Source: Podarcis vaucheri (lineage: Eukaryota). From it: a DNA stretch of 64,000 nucleotides. Below the pieces are notes generated by a model. It had not been told where the DNA came from. It searched no databases and saw only the letters and a program-made list of their open reading frames with translations. This document shows, in pieces, positions 24,231 to 38,150 of the stretch. Each line of letters begins with the position of its first letter. Within the stretch, counting starts at the first letter, position 1. The DNA lies in assembly GCA_965113315.1 (NCBI GenBank), contig OZ220378.1; one strand, written 5' to 3'. Position numbers and translations under genes: made by a program.

Positions 24231-27200
24231 TTACTTTTGTACACCGCCCTTCATCTGTAGATCTCAGGGCAGTTCGCCACATAAAAATACGAGATAAAAT
24301 AAAAACACAAAATACATGACAAGAACAAAAGCCCATTTGCAGTTGCAAACATTTTGTGCCCCCTCCTTATGGTTTCGTTTCCCCCCTTTCTTTTGTTATA
24401 ATTGTTAACAATAGATTGTTGGTTGGCAATGGCATCCATCTGCCTGTGAGACAATGGAAGAGTTTGCCTTTGGGAGTGAAGTCAAATCCATAATAATAAT
24501 AATAATAATAATAATAAAGCAGCCAAGTGATGTCGGACATCACTGGGGCTGTGCTGAGAGGGTGAGGTGGGGAACCTGTGGCTCCCCAAATGTCGACTGG
24601 GCCCCCAACTCCCCCCATTTTGACTTGATGAAGTGAAGAAAAAGAGAGGAGGGAGACTTGCAGCATCTTCATCACCGTTCTGTTTGCATGCTGCCCTTCC
24701 CATAGTTAAAACCGCGCTCAAGATTTATGTAACTGCAAAAATATAACAGAAAGTAGGCATGAGCAGTAAATTAAAACCATCTTGGTAAACATGCAGCAAA
24801 ATTTAAGCAGCCCCCACATAAGTCACAATGAGGTCTTTAATGATAAAGATGCGCACACACACACACACACACACACCAGTAACAGCAAAAAAGCACATCA
24901 GAAATTAAATTGCAATGTCTGGAGGGCCATAGGCTCTCTGGCCCTGGCCTGAGGTCACCAGTGAGCGGGATGACCAAGTGGGGATTTGAACCCAGGTCTC
25001 CCTAGCCCTGGAGTCTGTAATGAATGACTGCAATCAGTGCCACATTTTTTGCAGGAAATAGGACCTGCCTGCAGACACAGAGGAGAGTTAAGCTACATCC
25101 TACTAACCCTGTTTACTTTGGAGTAAGCCCTATTGAATTCCACAGGGTTTACTTCTAGGTAGACACATTTAGGATCACACTATTAAAAGAACTCCATAGA
25201 ATCTTCATGGATGGTAGCTTTTTCATTTTTTCAGTTGTTTGACCCCATTTTCCCTCTTCCATCTTTCTTTATAGTGTTTATCTATTTCATAAAAATTATA
25301 CATTACGTCATTGTAAAAAACAAACCTCAGAGTGGTTTACGGAAGAAAAAACAGTAAAATCAAGAAAAATTCACAACCAGACTTTAAAACATACAAAGGT
25401 TAAAATACTAAAGCAGATTAAAATTGCCGTAACTTTCTAAGCATCTGGGTAGGCTTGTCTAAACAGGAATGTTGTTAGCAGGTGCCGCAAAGCGAACAGT
25501 GATGGTGCCTTCTTGACTTTAATAGGCAGGGAGATCCAAAATGCTGGTGCTGCCACACTAAGTGACCAGAGTTGGAAGAACAGGTATTATGTGGCACCTG
25601 CAGTAGTGCCAATTCTAATACCCAATGACTGCTGATAATACTTCACGCAGCTAATTAAGAGGACTACACTAAATCTGTTCAGGCTGCAGTTTGTTGCACA
25701 CTTCCTAAACACAGTAGTAAATCCCAGTAAACATCCATAGGCCTGTGCTGCATGTATTTAAACAGTTTTTGGGCATCTTTACATTAACTAAGCACAAATG
25801 AACGTATTCTCAAAAGATTAAGCTCATTTAATCAACCTGTTTAGAATTTAAGGTGCTACAAGACTTTTTGATTTTTGTTGAAATAACTGACATGCTTGCT
25901 ACACCTACCCATACTGATTTAAAAGCCTAGAGGGCACTGGTACTTTGGGTTAAGAATTAGACCATCAAAAACATAATTTCCCTACCGTGGGTTATTGGTA
26001 GTTCCAATACTTTGAAGGCCTGTGGCGTGTGTGAAATGGCAAGCTGTGCACTGCATGGTATCTCAAGGTACATGTGCTTCACCCTTCTCTCCTCTCACGG
26101 GTTTAAGTGCAAGAGACCTTGGAAATGAGTTGAATCCTATAGAATACTAGTATATTTTAAAAAGGCATCTTCAGCATCAGTGCAAAAGGCACCAACAGGG
26201 ACAGTTGGCTCAGGGACACACACCTTTCCATTTATCTTCACAAGAATTCTGTAGAGTAGGTTAGGCTCAGAGAGTGGAGAGCGAGTGGCTGTCTTACCCA
26301 TGGTCATCCAGTGAACTTCACAGTAGACAGGCAGTCATGTTGTGTATCCATAGCAGTGACCAGAGGAGAAATGACCACTTGGAGGAGTGCAAAGAAAAGA
26401 CACGCCATGGTGCATTTGCAGCATCACAACTGAACGCCTTCATCTGTCCCAACTGCAACAAAACATGTGTATCCCACATCTGTCTCTACAGCCACAGCGG
26501 GCACTGCAACCTTCCGGCAGCTTGACCTCACCCCCAAAGGCTCAATCCTCCATTGTCTCCCGAGACAGATGGATGCCAACCAAGCATGATAGCATTTACG
26601 CGATGCTTTATCAAAGCTCTTTATAGTTGTTATCTCAGTAAATCTTACAAAAGCTTTATAAGTACAGTGGTACTTTGGTTTAAGAACAGCTTAGTTTATG
26701 AACAACTTGGATTAAGAACGCTGCAACCCCAGAAGTAGATGTTTTGGTTTGTGAACTTTGCCTTGGAAGCATAACATGTCTCGCTTCCTGTTGAGTGTGT
26801 TCCATTTGTAAATTGAGTCCCCCACTGCTATGGGAAAGCATGCCTTGCTTTAAGAACGCTTTGGTTTAAGAATGGGACTCTGGAACGGATTAAGTTCGTA
26901 AACCAAGGTACCACAGTAGGTCCCTCCCTATTTGTAATACTAATAGTACTACTAATAAACTGCTCTGTTACCTTCAGATAAAGGGTGGTATAGAAATTTA
27001 ATAAATAATAATAGTTGGAAGAGGTATCTTGAAATAATAGTTTGCTTACGGTCACCTGGTAAGTTCATAGTTTCCTGGATGACAGATAAAGTTTAGCAAC
27101 TTTATAGATTTTGGGGATGCTTAATGCTGTCATTGTAGGATAGCATTGCATAGTCAGAAAATGGAATGGACAGGTGGTTTCTGAATACAGACTCGTTTCT

Positions 27201-30200
27201 GTTTATTGTTTTCACCTTTCAGTAGTTCAGGGATGTTTGCTCCAGGATTTCCTCATGTGGTCAGCTAACACTGGTTTGTCTTGTGTTTCTTACAGTGAGT
27301 TATTTTCTCCATCACAGAAGTATCAGCTTCTTGTATATCATGCAGATTCTCTCTTCCATGACAAGGAATATAGAAATGCTGTCAGCAAGTATACAATGGC
27401 TTTGCAGCAGAAGAAAGCACTGAGTAAAACTTCAAAAGTGAGACCCTCAACTGGGAATGCTGCATCTGCTCCTCAGAGCCAGGTGTTCATAGCTTAAATT
27501 CTGATTATAGCTTGGTGCCTCAGTGCAAGAGTCTTGCATTCACTGTTTATTATACATGGCAAAAGATATGAATTCATTTATATCTGAAAAGTTTTTTTCT
27601 CCTTATGTGAGTTCTGGGAGAAATTAAATATATAATTGAATGTGATTTAACACTCGCCTTGAATAGACAGAATGGGATGGCAGATACTTGGAAGCCTAAG
27701 AAAGATGTTATTGTCTTGTAGTTTTCCTTCATAATGTATGTGGAAAGTGTCCCAGCCTTGGAGTAAACTCCTGAAAAGTAAAGATTACCTCTGACAACCC
27801 CAAGCACCCTACAACACACAACTTGGTCTTTCCTAGATCTTGACTATCCTCTCCATATATCAGGGTGGGGAACTTGTGGCCCTCCAGATGTTATTGAACC
27901 ACTGTTGTATTTTGTATGTTGTCTTCTTAGTGCCTGCCTTCTGAAATTGAAGTGAAGTACAAAATGGCGGAGTGCTATACAATGCTGAAGCAAGACAAAG
28001 ATGCTATTGCTATACTTGATGGAATCCCTTCAAGACAGAGAACCCCAAAGGTAGTACTTTCCTAGCTAAGTTATGCTCCTTGGGAGCCTTTGGCTGAGAT
28101 ATGGATACAATTTATAGGGTTGTAACCAGTGCTGTTCCTACTCAATAAATCCATTGACATCAATGGACCTAAGACAGCCATGTGCCTCGGTGGATCTACC
28201 CTCAGGAAAACTAGTACGGAATACAACCCATTCTTCGAACACCCTTTGGCTGACACAAATCCCCAGGTTTTTTGAATAAAGGTAAAAACTTGCCGTTAAT
28301 AACTGCAAGCCCCGAGAGTTGTGCATCAACAGGTAGAATTAACAGATCCAAAGTGGTGCAAAATGTTATGTCTTATGTCAACATTAAAACATGATTGTTC
28401 TCATCACTGGATTTCTGTGGGTTGCAGATTAACATGATGCTGGCAAATTTGTACAAGAAGGCAGGTCAGGAACGCTCTTCTGTGACGAGTTACAAAGAAG
28501 TGCTGAGGCAGTGCCCACTAGCCCTTGATGCCATCCTAGGTAGCCACTTTTCTTCTGATCAATGATTATTGTTGAAAATTGTGATTGAGACGTTGGCATA
28601 TCTGAACAGTCTTAGCATGGGCAGGTGAACAAAATATGAATTAGTGCAGTCCGCCATTGGCCTCCTCATGAGTTACAACATTAAAGGGGTGCTTGTTATG
28701 ACTGCATATATTGTGTCTTAGAAGACGTAAGGGCTGGGAGAGGCAGTAACGATAGCATTGCAATGCTCTTTCTGATCTGAGGGAGGAGTGTGGTGCTAGA
28801 GATGGCAAGACAATTGGCGTGGATAAGTTTTACAAAATGCATCTGTCTGCAGGACTTGATCACTGTAATCCAGCAGTAGGGAATCTGTGACTCTTCAGAT
28901 GTTGTTGGTGTTCAGTTCTCATTGCTTACCAATGGCCATGTTGGCTGGGATTTAAAGGAGTTGTAGTCCAGCACTGCTCAAAACTCCCATTGTTCTAGGT
29001 GCTTTTTGCCACATGGAATTTCATTAGCCCGAGCAGTTTCTGAGCTCTGGGCGCAGTACTGCACCTAAGATTTCAGATTAAAACTGCAGAGTGGAAGGAA
29101 AGGAAGACCTTTTTCTGCCTCCCCATTTCCAGCTACTCTCTGAAGACTGGAGAAGAGATCCTCTTAAGAATATTAGGGGGGTGGGCAGGGGAAGGACTAG
29201 ATCATGTGAAAAATGAACAAAATATTTTAGTTGCAGTTCATTCATTTTTAGCTTTGTATTCTTGTTATTAAAAAAGCTTGCCTAGACATAGGTTTAAGGT
29301 GCCATTTAGCTCCTAGCTTTCATATCTCAGTTTCTAACACTGATCCAGCAACATTTGGAGGATCACAGGTTCTCCAGTCTTTGGTCAATTATCTGCTGTT
29401 GTCGGTGCCTGAGGACTTAATTTCCTTGCGACTACCAAGAACATTTTGTCAAAATGGTGGTCACAACAGCTGTTGCTTCTCATTTAGGCTTGCTGTCGCT
29501 CTCAGTGAAAGGTGCAGAAGTCGCTTCCATGACAATGAATGTGATCCAGAGTGTCCCAAACCTGGACTGGCTTTCAGTATGGATCAAGGCATACGCATTT
29601 GTGCACACAGGTGATAATACCAGAGCAATCAACACCATCTGGTAAGAATCTAGAGCAAATACAAATGAGCTTTCTCAAAGAACCTCTAGCCTGGTATCTT
29701 GTAAGATATACTACTTGGGTATATCTCAGCCCCACTCACCTCACAGAGTGTTTGTTGTGGGGGAGGAAGGGAAAGGAGAATGTTAGCCGCTTTGAGACTC
29801 CTGAAGGGGAGTGAAAGGCGGGATATCAAATCCAAACTCTTCTTCTCTTCTTATTGAAGGCTGCTTCCCCTTTGCAGCAAGACAGTTACAATGCTAAGTG
29901 TTTGAATGCTTAACAGCTCGTGGAATTTAAATCCCACATATATATGTCTTTTAAAACAAGGATGGGGAACCTGTGGTCAACTATTAGTCATGCTGTTGAA
30001 GGTGCCACAGTCGCTGCCCCCCCCCGGAAGCCAGAGTTGCATGCCTTACCAGGTTGCACAGCTGCAGCAGCGGGGGGCCCCTCCCCTCCTACCATGGGCA
30101 AAGAAGTCTATACCCCTTGGGCACCAAGCTGACCTAGAAACAAGTTGATTGTGGTTGCATTCTTAGTGTTGTTAGAGGAGTGTGTGCGGCCCAAGTAATA

Positions 30201-33200
30201 TTTGGAGATGTTCCACTGTGAAAGAAAGCAAAGCGTACACCTTTCTCTTACTGACTTTATTTGTCTCATGCCCTTCCTTTTAATCCTCTTTGGGTGGAAG
30301 ATGCTTTGAATCTAGACGTGCTGTAGTGGAGAATGATAAATTGTGACATGTAGATATGTTTGCCTTAAGGAAATGAACCTTTCCCCATAAAACAGAATAA
30401 AAATGCTCCAAGAAGTTCCAATATATTGATTTTATCTTTCAATTTGTTCTTCCCACAAAAGCTCGCTGGAGAAAAAGTCACTGCTGAGGGACAATGTGGA
30501 TATACTAGGGAGTTTAGCTGATCTTTATTTCAGAGCGGGTGACAATAAGAACGCAATTCTAAAATTTGAACAGGCGCAAATGTTGGATCCTTATTTGATA
30601 AAAGGTAAGTCTCTAGAAAATATGGAGACCTTGTTAGAATAATTTGTATTCTGTATTCAACTTTTATAGTGCAATCCTATGCATGTTTATTCAGAAAAAC
30701 ATCCTACTGAATTCCCATGTAGGTATTTGTAGTACTGCAACCTTAACTATATTTTTAACAGAGCAAAAAATTCTCACTAGTTTTATTTTTTGTTGGTAAG
30801 GTTGAAAGAAAAACTAGTACAAATGAGGCAAAAAGAGGGATTTTTTCCTTCTGTCCTTACACTTAACTAAAATAAGAAATGGTTAAACCTCAAAAACACT
30901 TGTAATTTGTTGAAGACACATTTATATTGTAAACAGCTGATGCAACAACAGCATTGTGTCAATGAAATACATTTGTGGTTAATGGTACAAAAATAAAAGA
31001 TGTTATATTTCAAATTTGTGTTGAGCAAATTCCCAGCCAATGGGATTCCTTTGAATGGCAGGTCTGCTGTTTGTTTCCCCCACAAATTGTACATTTGGAT
31101 CACTGTGGAGCTCCAAATAATGTGGAAAATACATGACAACTGATTAGAACTGGAGCAACCAGTTTTATGGAAAATATTTTTGAATCTTCATTTTGAATTT
31201 ATGCTAATGGATACGTGTATAGAATATAGAAGTTGAGAAAACATTTGGATCTGTTCCTGCCTTTTAGGTGAAAGCTGTGAACAGTCTTGTCCTCTAGTTT
31301 TCCTTGATCTTTTTTCCTTCATAGCTTTTGTGTGTGTGTGTCCAACTCTTTCATGCTTTGTCTTTAGGGATGGATGTATATGGCTACTTGTTAGCCCGCG
31401 AGGGTCGCCTGGAGGATGTGGAGAATCTCGGCTGCCGGCTCTTCAATATTTCTGACCAGCACGCTGAGCCGTGGGTGGTATCAGGGTAATGGGCTGCTTC
31501 TTGCTCCTGTTTGGCTTTACATTGAACTTTCTGAAGGCAGAATCTTCCCTATTAATGAGGAGAGTCAGATGGTCTTGGGTTTATTGCTAATGGCTTAGTG
31601 TTGGGCAGCAAAATCTTGACTGACACAGAGTTGGTGAATTCACCGAAGTCTGTGGGAGTTCGACCAAAGCTTTGTGTAGGATGTCCTGGAGTCTCTCTAA
31701 CTGGCATACTATTGAAATGCCACTTTCAAAGCACCTCTTGCTATTCTTGAAATTCAAAGAGGTGTTGGATCTAAAAATATCCAAAGCCACTGTCTGAAAT
31801 AAAATTCTTCAGGGAGCTAAATAGCCTTTAATATATTTTGTAACACAGCCTTCTCAGCAACACTGCTCAAGGCAGATTACAAAAATTACAAAACGTACTT
31901 AAAATCTTCCCTTAAAAAACACTTTGTTGTGGTGTCTAAAAGCTGGTTGTCTACATTAGAAAATTATTAATGTGTTTCTTTACTTTGGAGGCATCACTAA
32001 AAAGTAGGTCACTTTTCAGAATGCTGAAGCTAAAATTACATTTCCTGATAGCAACAGGCATTTCCGCTTTCATTAGGTAGAACACATCATTCCCGTGTGT
32101 GTGTGTGTGAGAGAGAGAGAGAGTATATTTCCCCCCCATCATCAAAAGTAATTGAAATAGAAGGTTGTAGGAGTTGGTGCTGTGGGTCTATAACAGAATA
32201 GCCCATCCTACTTTGGCAAGATGTTCTGCCCACACCCTTTAATAATACAGTGACAATGCTGCCATGGCTGTAAAACTCTCTGCTTGTCCTCCTGAGATGG
32301 AACAGATTGAGCATGTTAACCACAATTCCCTCTTCTTTCTGCAGGTGTCATAGCTTCTACAGCAAGCGCTATTCCCGTGCCCTGTATTTGGGAGCCAAAG
32401 CCATTCAGCTGAACAGCAATAGTGTGCAGGCTTTGCTGCTGAAAGGCGCTGCTCTTCGGAACATGGGGAGAGTGCAAGAGGCAATCATCCACTTCCGTGA
32501 AGCGATACGGCTTGCCCCTTGCAGGCTGGACTGCTACGAAGGCAAGTAAAAAGGACGGACTTCTCCAAACAGGAGTTGTTAAAGCTGGTAGTGAAATGAA
32601 AGTTTCTGTAGGCCCACATATGACTGTCACCACTGAGATGTCTTTCTGACATGCCAAGACCCCACCTTAAAGTCGTGAACTGTCAGCCTACTGTGCTAAA
32701 TTCGGTGACCATTGTTTAGATGAGCGCTGGTTTTGAAAAAAAGCCAAATATTCTCTCAAATATGACTTTTACCCCTCTGACCCTCAGGCCTCATTGAATG
32801 CTACTTAGCATCCAATGGTCTTCGTGAAGCCACAGTCATGGCTAACAATGTCTACAAAACCCTGGGAGCCAACGCACAGACACTCACCCTCCTGGCAACT
32901 GTTTGTCTGGAAGATCCTGTTGCGCAGGAGAAAGCAAAGACATTGCTGGACAAAGCACTGACACAGCGCCCTGATTACATCAAAGCAGTGGTAAAGAAGG
33001 CAGAACTTCTCAGTAAGTCTTTCCCCCTCCTCTTTTCTTGTGCGCAAGTCTTATTCAGCATGAATAGAGATGTATGCAGATGCAACTCCCACCAAGTCTT
33101 GAAGATGGTGGAAGGCAGCAATTTTCACCCACATCTCTCCGTACTATAGCCATAATCAGACTTACAGCACCCTCTCACTCCTGTTGGGAACAACCAGCTG

Positions 33201-34237
33201 AAAATGCCCATCTTGAATTACTCATTACATTTCAAGCTTTCCATTTTGGCAAGAAGTCATGTGAACTGGAGATGCAGGGTTTTGTCATTTTCTTTAAATT
33301 GATATTTTTTAACGTGTCTCTTTAAAATTCAAAGTGTTTGCAAATCCATAGGTAATTAGGTGGTTTAGAATAGGCATTCTTCCTTCTCTGTCACAGAGAA
33401 CTTCTTGTATATGTCACAGGAAGACACAATCTCGGCATCCTCTGAAACAAACTGTTTCCTCCTCTGAAAACCTAACTGCAAAAAAATGTGTATCTGAATG
33501 CATAATTGCAGAAATGGTTTTAGTTTGCTGGGTGCATAGACTTCTGTGTTTTTTCTTATTTTTATCTTGTTGTGCAAGATAAAAAAAGCTTTTGGCTGTG
33601 AGACAGTCTATACTTCTGCAAATTAAATTAAAGCCTCATACAGTTATTTATGATTTCTTTTTTGGGTGATGGCCTCAACATAAATAGCTTGAAATAACCC
33701 TTCTTATTGACAGGCCGAGAACAGAAATATGAAGATGGAATAGCTTTGCTGAGGAATGCCCTTGCCAACCAGAGTGATTGCATTCTCCATCGAATGTTAG
33801 GGGACTTCCTTGTGGCTGTTAATGAGTATCAGGAAGCCATGGACCAGTACAGTATTGCTCTAAGGTAAGTTTCTGGAAAATCCTGTTGTGATGGCCATGA
33901 GTTGAAGGACGGTTGCAGGAGCTTTATCTGTGGGTTGCTGATAGATGTCAGTGAGCTGAAATGGAGATGTGCATAAGCCAGCCTGTCCTGTTCTTGCTGC
34001 TGCTCCCTGACTCCAGGATGTCTTTCTCTTACTTTCTGTTCCCCCAGTTTGGATCCCAATGATCAAAAATCACTGGAGGGAATGCAGAAAATGGAAAAAG
34101 AGGAAAGTCCAACGGATGCCACCCAGGAGGAAGATGTGGATGACATGGAAGGCAGTGGAGAGGAAGGTGACCTGGAAGGCAGTGACAGTGAGGCAGCCCA
34201 GTGGGCGGATCAGGAACAGTGGTTTGGCATGCAGTGA
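23841..34237 (+). CDS. ANAPC7: Anaphase-promoting complex subunit 7 (TPR protein), complete 565 aa; join 23841-23941,27296-27482,27931-28050,28428-28539,29488-29641,30462-30604,31368-31485,32345-32541,32788-33012,33714-33864,34048-34237
   Basis: Exons sum to 1698 nt; MSVVDHVREMAAAGLHSNVRLL...EAAQWADQEQWFGMQ*. Confidence 0.97.
26325..26585 (+). mobile_element. RTE-clade LINE 3' fragment
   Basis: C-terminal zinc knuckle FICPNCNKTCVSHICLYSH followed by short 3' tail gtctcccgagacagatggatgccaac. Confidence 0.65.
26665..26916. mobile_element. Tigger/pogo-like MITE
   Basis: TA-flanked cagtggtactttggtt/aaccaaggtaccacag. Confidence 0.75.
27296..27482 (+). CDS. ANAPC7: ANAPC7 exon 2
   Basis: ELFSPSQKYQLLVYHADSLFHDKEYRNAVSKY...PQSQ|gt. 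Confidence 0.95.
27931..28050 (+). CDS. ANAPC7: ANAPC7 exon 3
   Basis: CLPSEIEVKYKMAECYTMLKQDKDAIAILDGIPSRQRTPK. Confidence 0.95.
28428..28539 (+). CDS. ANAPC7: ANAPC7 exon 4
   Basis: INMMLANLYKKAGQERSSVTSYKEVLRQCPLALDAIL. Confidence 0.95.
29488..29641 (+). CDS. ANAPC7: ANAPC7 exon 5
   Basis: LLSLSVKGAEVASMTMNVIQSVPNLDWLSVWIKAYAFVHTGDNTRAINTI. Confidence 0.95.
30462..30604 (+). CDS. ANAPC7: ANAPC7 exon 6
   Basis: aag|C TCG CTG GAG; SLEKKSLLRDNVDILGSLADLYFRAGDNKNAILKFEQAQMLDPYLIK. Confidence 0.93.
31368..31485 (+). CDS. ANAPC7: ANAPC7 exon 7
   Basis: MDVYGYLLAREGRLEDVENLGCRLFNISDQHAEPWVVS. Confidence 0.95.
32345..32541 (+). CDS. ANAPC7: ANAPC7 exon 8 (GC donor)
   Basis: CHSFYSKRYSRALYLGAKAIQL...RLDCYE G|gcaagt. 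Confidence 0.92.
32788..33012 (+). CDS. ANAPC7: ANAPC7 exon 9
   Basis: LIECYLASNGLREATVMANNVYKTLG...KKAELL A|gtaag. Confidence 0.95.
33714..33864 (+). CDS. ANAPC7: ANAPC7 exon 10
   Basis: REQKYEDGIALLRNALANQSDCILHRMLGDFLVAVNEYQEAMDQYSIAL. Confidence 0.95.
34048..34237 (+). CDS. ANAPC7: ANAPC7 exon 11
   Basis: LDPNDQKSLEGMQKMEKEE...WFGMQ TGA. Confidence 0.95.
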
Positions 34238-35539
34238 AATCGCCTTCCTGAACTAACCTGGGACCATAGCCCTTGATGAGTGACACCCAATAAGACATTC
34301 TTCTCCCTGGAATGAAGAATGCCAAGGGGGCACTGTGTGCTGCTGGAAGAACTGGACTGAGGCAAGATCCAAGCAGCCCCTTCTGTCCCTTTTTTGTTTC
34401 TACGTTATGCTTTCGGTGTTCCTTATTTCATGGTGAAGTCTGAGCAACTTAAGTGCTGGGGAGGCATTCGTGCCAAGCAGCAATTTTGAGTTCTTATTTC
34501 TAAAATTAGAAGCTTTCAAATGATATAAAGCATTTTTCAAACATTTGTTAATGACTAAAACGATGTCAGAATCATGTTGTAAACTAATTATGCTTGATCC
34601 CCAGTGGTGCATAAATGTAGGCTACTTTTATATCCTTTTATAAAAGAGGCTTTATTCGCAAAGCCTGTACGGTGTCGTTAGATACACAAACTCCTCCAGA
34701 AAGCTGCTGGAATCTCACACAGGGGCAGTACATTTCTTTCCAGCCTTTTCCTGGCCTCCCCAGTGTTTTTTGTGGAGGATATTTAGCGTGCACACTCTAA
34801 AATAGAAGCATGCTGCTTCAGGCTCCTAACTGATGAGGAATTCTATAGCTGATGAATCCATATACACAAGAAATTGTGGCCTGTGAAATAGTTGGTTATT
34901 TTCACATTCTGTGCTAACAAGTGCCACTCCTTTTAAGCCTCTGTAAGGATATTAGAGAAAGTGAAATGGAGCAGCGTTGAGGAAATTACAGCCAGTGAAA
35001 GGTTCTTAAGGTTACTTCTTACTGGGTAATACCAATTAACAATATCTAAACCACATAATCCTTTCCTGCATACATGACTATTAAAAGCAGCCTTGCTAAC
35101 ATACTGTGCTTCTGACTTTGATTTGGCTGCATTAAATAACTTCCTCAAAGCACAGTCCAGCAGCAGTTTCTGTTGGGTGCCCCATCTGCACAAGACCACA
35201 GTGCTGTGTTCTCTGTTAAGTAATTATTTTTTTAAATGATGTGGCCTTCCCTTTCACAAGGGTGGCTAGCCTGCAGCCCTCCAGATGTCGCACTCTCAAC
35301 TCCTATCATCCGTAATTGACTCCATCAGCTTGAAGCAGATGGAAGTTGCAACATCTGGAGAGCCATGGGTCCCCACCCTTCTCTTTTGAATCACAGTAGA
35401 ATTTGAAAGACCCCATGTGTCTTGATCACCTGCTGAAAACTACTAATACTACCAAAGATTCAGGATGGAAAAGGTTGTTGATACTGTTATAGGGTTCTTG
35501 TGAATGGAGATACAACATTACCTGTACAGAAACATTCTT

Positions 35540-36742
35540 AGAATCATAGAGTTGGAAGAGACCACAAGGGCCATCGAGTCCAACCCACTGCCAAGCAGGA
35601 AACACCATCAGTGCACTCCTGACATATGGTTGTCAAGCCTCTGCTTAAAGACCTCCAAAGTAGGAGACTCCATCACACTCCTTGGCAGCAAATTCCACTG
35701 TCGAACAGCTCTTACTGTCAGGAAGTTCTTCCTAATGTTTAGGTGGAATCTTCTTTCTTGTAGTTTGGATCCATTGCTCCGTGTCCGCTTCTCTGGAGCA
35801 GCAGAAAACAACCTTTCTCCCTCCTCTATATGACATCCTTTTACATATTTGAACATGGCTATCATATCACCCCTTAACCTCCTCTTCAGGCTAAACATGC
35901 CCAGCTCCCTTAGCCGTTCCTCATAAGGCATCGTTTCCAGGCCTTTGACCATTTTGGTTGCCCTCCTCTGGACACGTTCCAGTTTGTCAGTGTCCTTCTT
36001 GAACTGTGGTGCCCAGAACTGGACACAGTACTCCAGGTGAGGTCTGACCAGAGCAGAATACAGTGGCACTATTACTTCCCTTGATCTAGATGCTATACTC
36101 CTATTGATGCAGCCCAGAGTTGCATTGGCTTTTTTAGCTGCCACGTCACACTGTTGGCTCATGTCAAGTTTGTGGTCAACCAAGACTCTAGATCCTTTTC
36201 ACATGTACTGCTCTCAAGCCAGGTGTCACCCATCTTGTATTTGTGCCTCTCATTTTTTTTGCCCAAGTGCAATACTTTACATTTCTCCCTGTTAAAGTTC
36301 ATCTTGTTTGTTTTGGCCCAGTTCTCTAATCTGTCAAGGTCGTTTTGAAGTGTGATCCTGTCCTCTGGGGTGTTAGCCACCCCTCCCAGTTTGGTGTCAT
36401 CTGCAAATTTGATCAGGATGCCCTTGAGTCCATCATCCAAGTCGTTGATAAAGATGTTGACTAAGACCGGGCCCAAGACAGAACCCTGTGGCACCCCACT
36501 AGTCACTCTTCTCCAGGATGAAGAGGAACCATTGATGAGCACCCTTTGGGTTCGGTCAGTCAGCCAGTTACAAATCCACTGAGTGGTAGCATAGTCAAGA
36601 CCGCATTTTACCAGCTTCTTTACAAGAATATCATGGGGCACCTTGTCAAATGCCTTGCTGAAATCAAGGTAGGCTACATCCACTGCATTCCCTTCATCTA
36701 CCAGGCTTGTAATTCTGTCAAAAAACGAGATCAGGTTAGTCT
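35540..36742 (-). mobile_element. CR1 LINE, 5'-truncated, RT C-terminal half
   Basis: [39 protein letters not shown]; one frameshift near 36180; CR1 3' end ...CCAACTCTATGATTCT. Confidence 0.93.
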
Positions 36743-38150
36743 TGAACACAGGATGCCAGATGCACATTGATACAAAGAGATACTTTAGTTCAGATAAGGG
36801 AATAGTGCTGGTACAATGGAAATGTATTGCTTTCTCTTTAAACAGAAGAAGCACCACTCTTCCCCCCTTTCCACAAACCATTTTGGAAATTGGAGGAGAA
36901 TGTCTAAAATCACCCTTTGCTTCACACAGTTGGTTCATGGTTCCAGGCCCAGTAGATAAATGAAAGGGAACAATGGCTTGTCAAAATCAGTTTGTGGCTA
37001 AGATGAGATTTGAATTGGGGCCTTTCCCTGTTTGTGATGCCACTCCAGCTCTTGTGATCACCCACCACCAGCAAAACCAGGCACACAATTATTTGCTAGA
37101 CAAGCTGCTGATTTTCAGTGTGTGGGCATTCTTATTTTCGGGGGGGGGGGGAACTATCTTAATTGGAGCATGTAAATTAGTTGTCCATTGTTATTTATAT
37201 AGTACCATTACATTACAATGGTTCATAAAACTCATCAACAAGGAAGAAAGCACCCTAGTCCCTGGTCTGTGATTTTTAAAAATTATTTCACTTATGAACT
37301 ACTTCCTATGAGGCATCCCACAGTAAAACAAAAAAAATATTTTAAAACAGTTGTGCATGTAAAAACAGTTCTTTAAAATTAATTGTATATATGAAATGAA
37401 AGCAGTTTAAAACAAGAATAGCGCATAGTTCAAATCAATTCAGATCCAATGCTGATAAAGAGCTCCAGCTAGACATTTTGCTGGTTGAAACTTTGCTAGT
37501 GGTGTAATGAATATACATGCAAATGCAGTAAGTTCTGTGCCACCCTTTACACACCCTCTCATAATGTTAATCTTTATAAAAGGGAAAGGAGGATGAGGAA
37601 GACAGCTCATCACATCCTTTTGGAAGAAGACTCTTAAGAAAAATGGTGCATAAAGGGGACTGCTGAGAGGTCCTGGGGAGAGTGGAATTCAGCTAGTGGG
37701 ACTGCTGCTAGTGAAGAATGAGGAGGCCAGGGTTCCTGCTCCCGTCATAGTTGTGTGGAAGAGGGAATCTGCATCCACCTGCCTTGTACTCTGGCCTCTT
37801 TCAGCTCACCTGCAGGAGACCATACAAAAAGGAGTGTGCCTATGTCCTGGACTGTGGAGACCCAGAAGACACTTAGAGCAAGGACAGGGAACCTTTTTGG
37901 ATGAGCAGCCCACCCCTGCAGACCTATTTTTGATGGGTGAGACAACCCACCTGTCTTTGGCCTGACTTGGTGACACCAGATGATTGTTTGGCAGATTAAG
38001 CCCACTCACATGTAAGAAGGCCTTCAAGCACTGATCTTTAAGTGCCTTGACAGACAGCCTGGGAACCACACTGCACAGTTATAAGTGTCGGGCCGCCAGA
38101 GCTGCTGGCTGTGCAAATGAGTTCCCACTGTAGGTGTTTGACGCGGAGAA

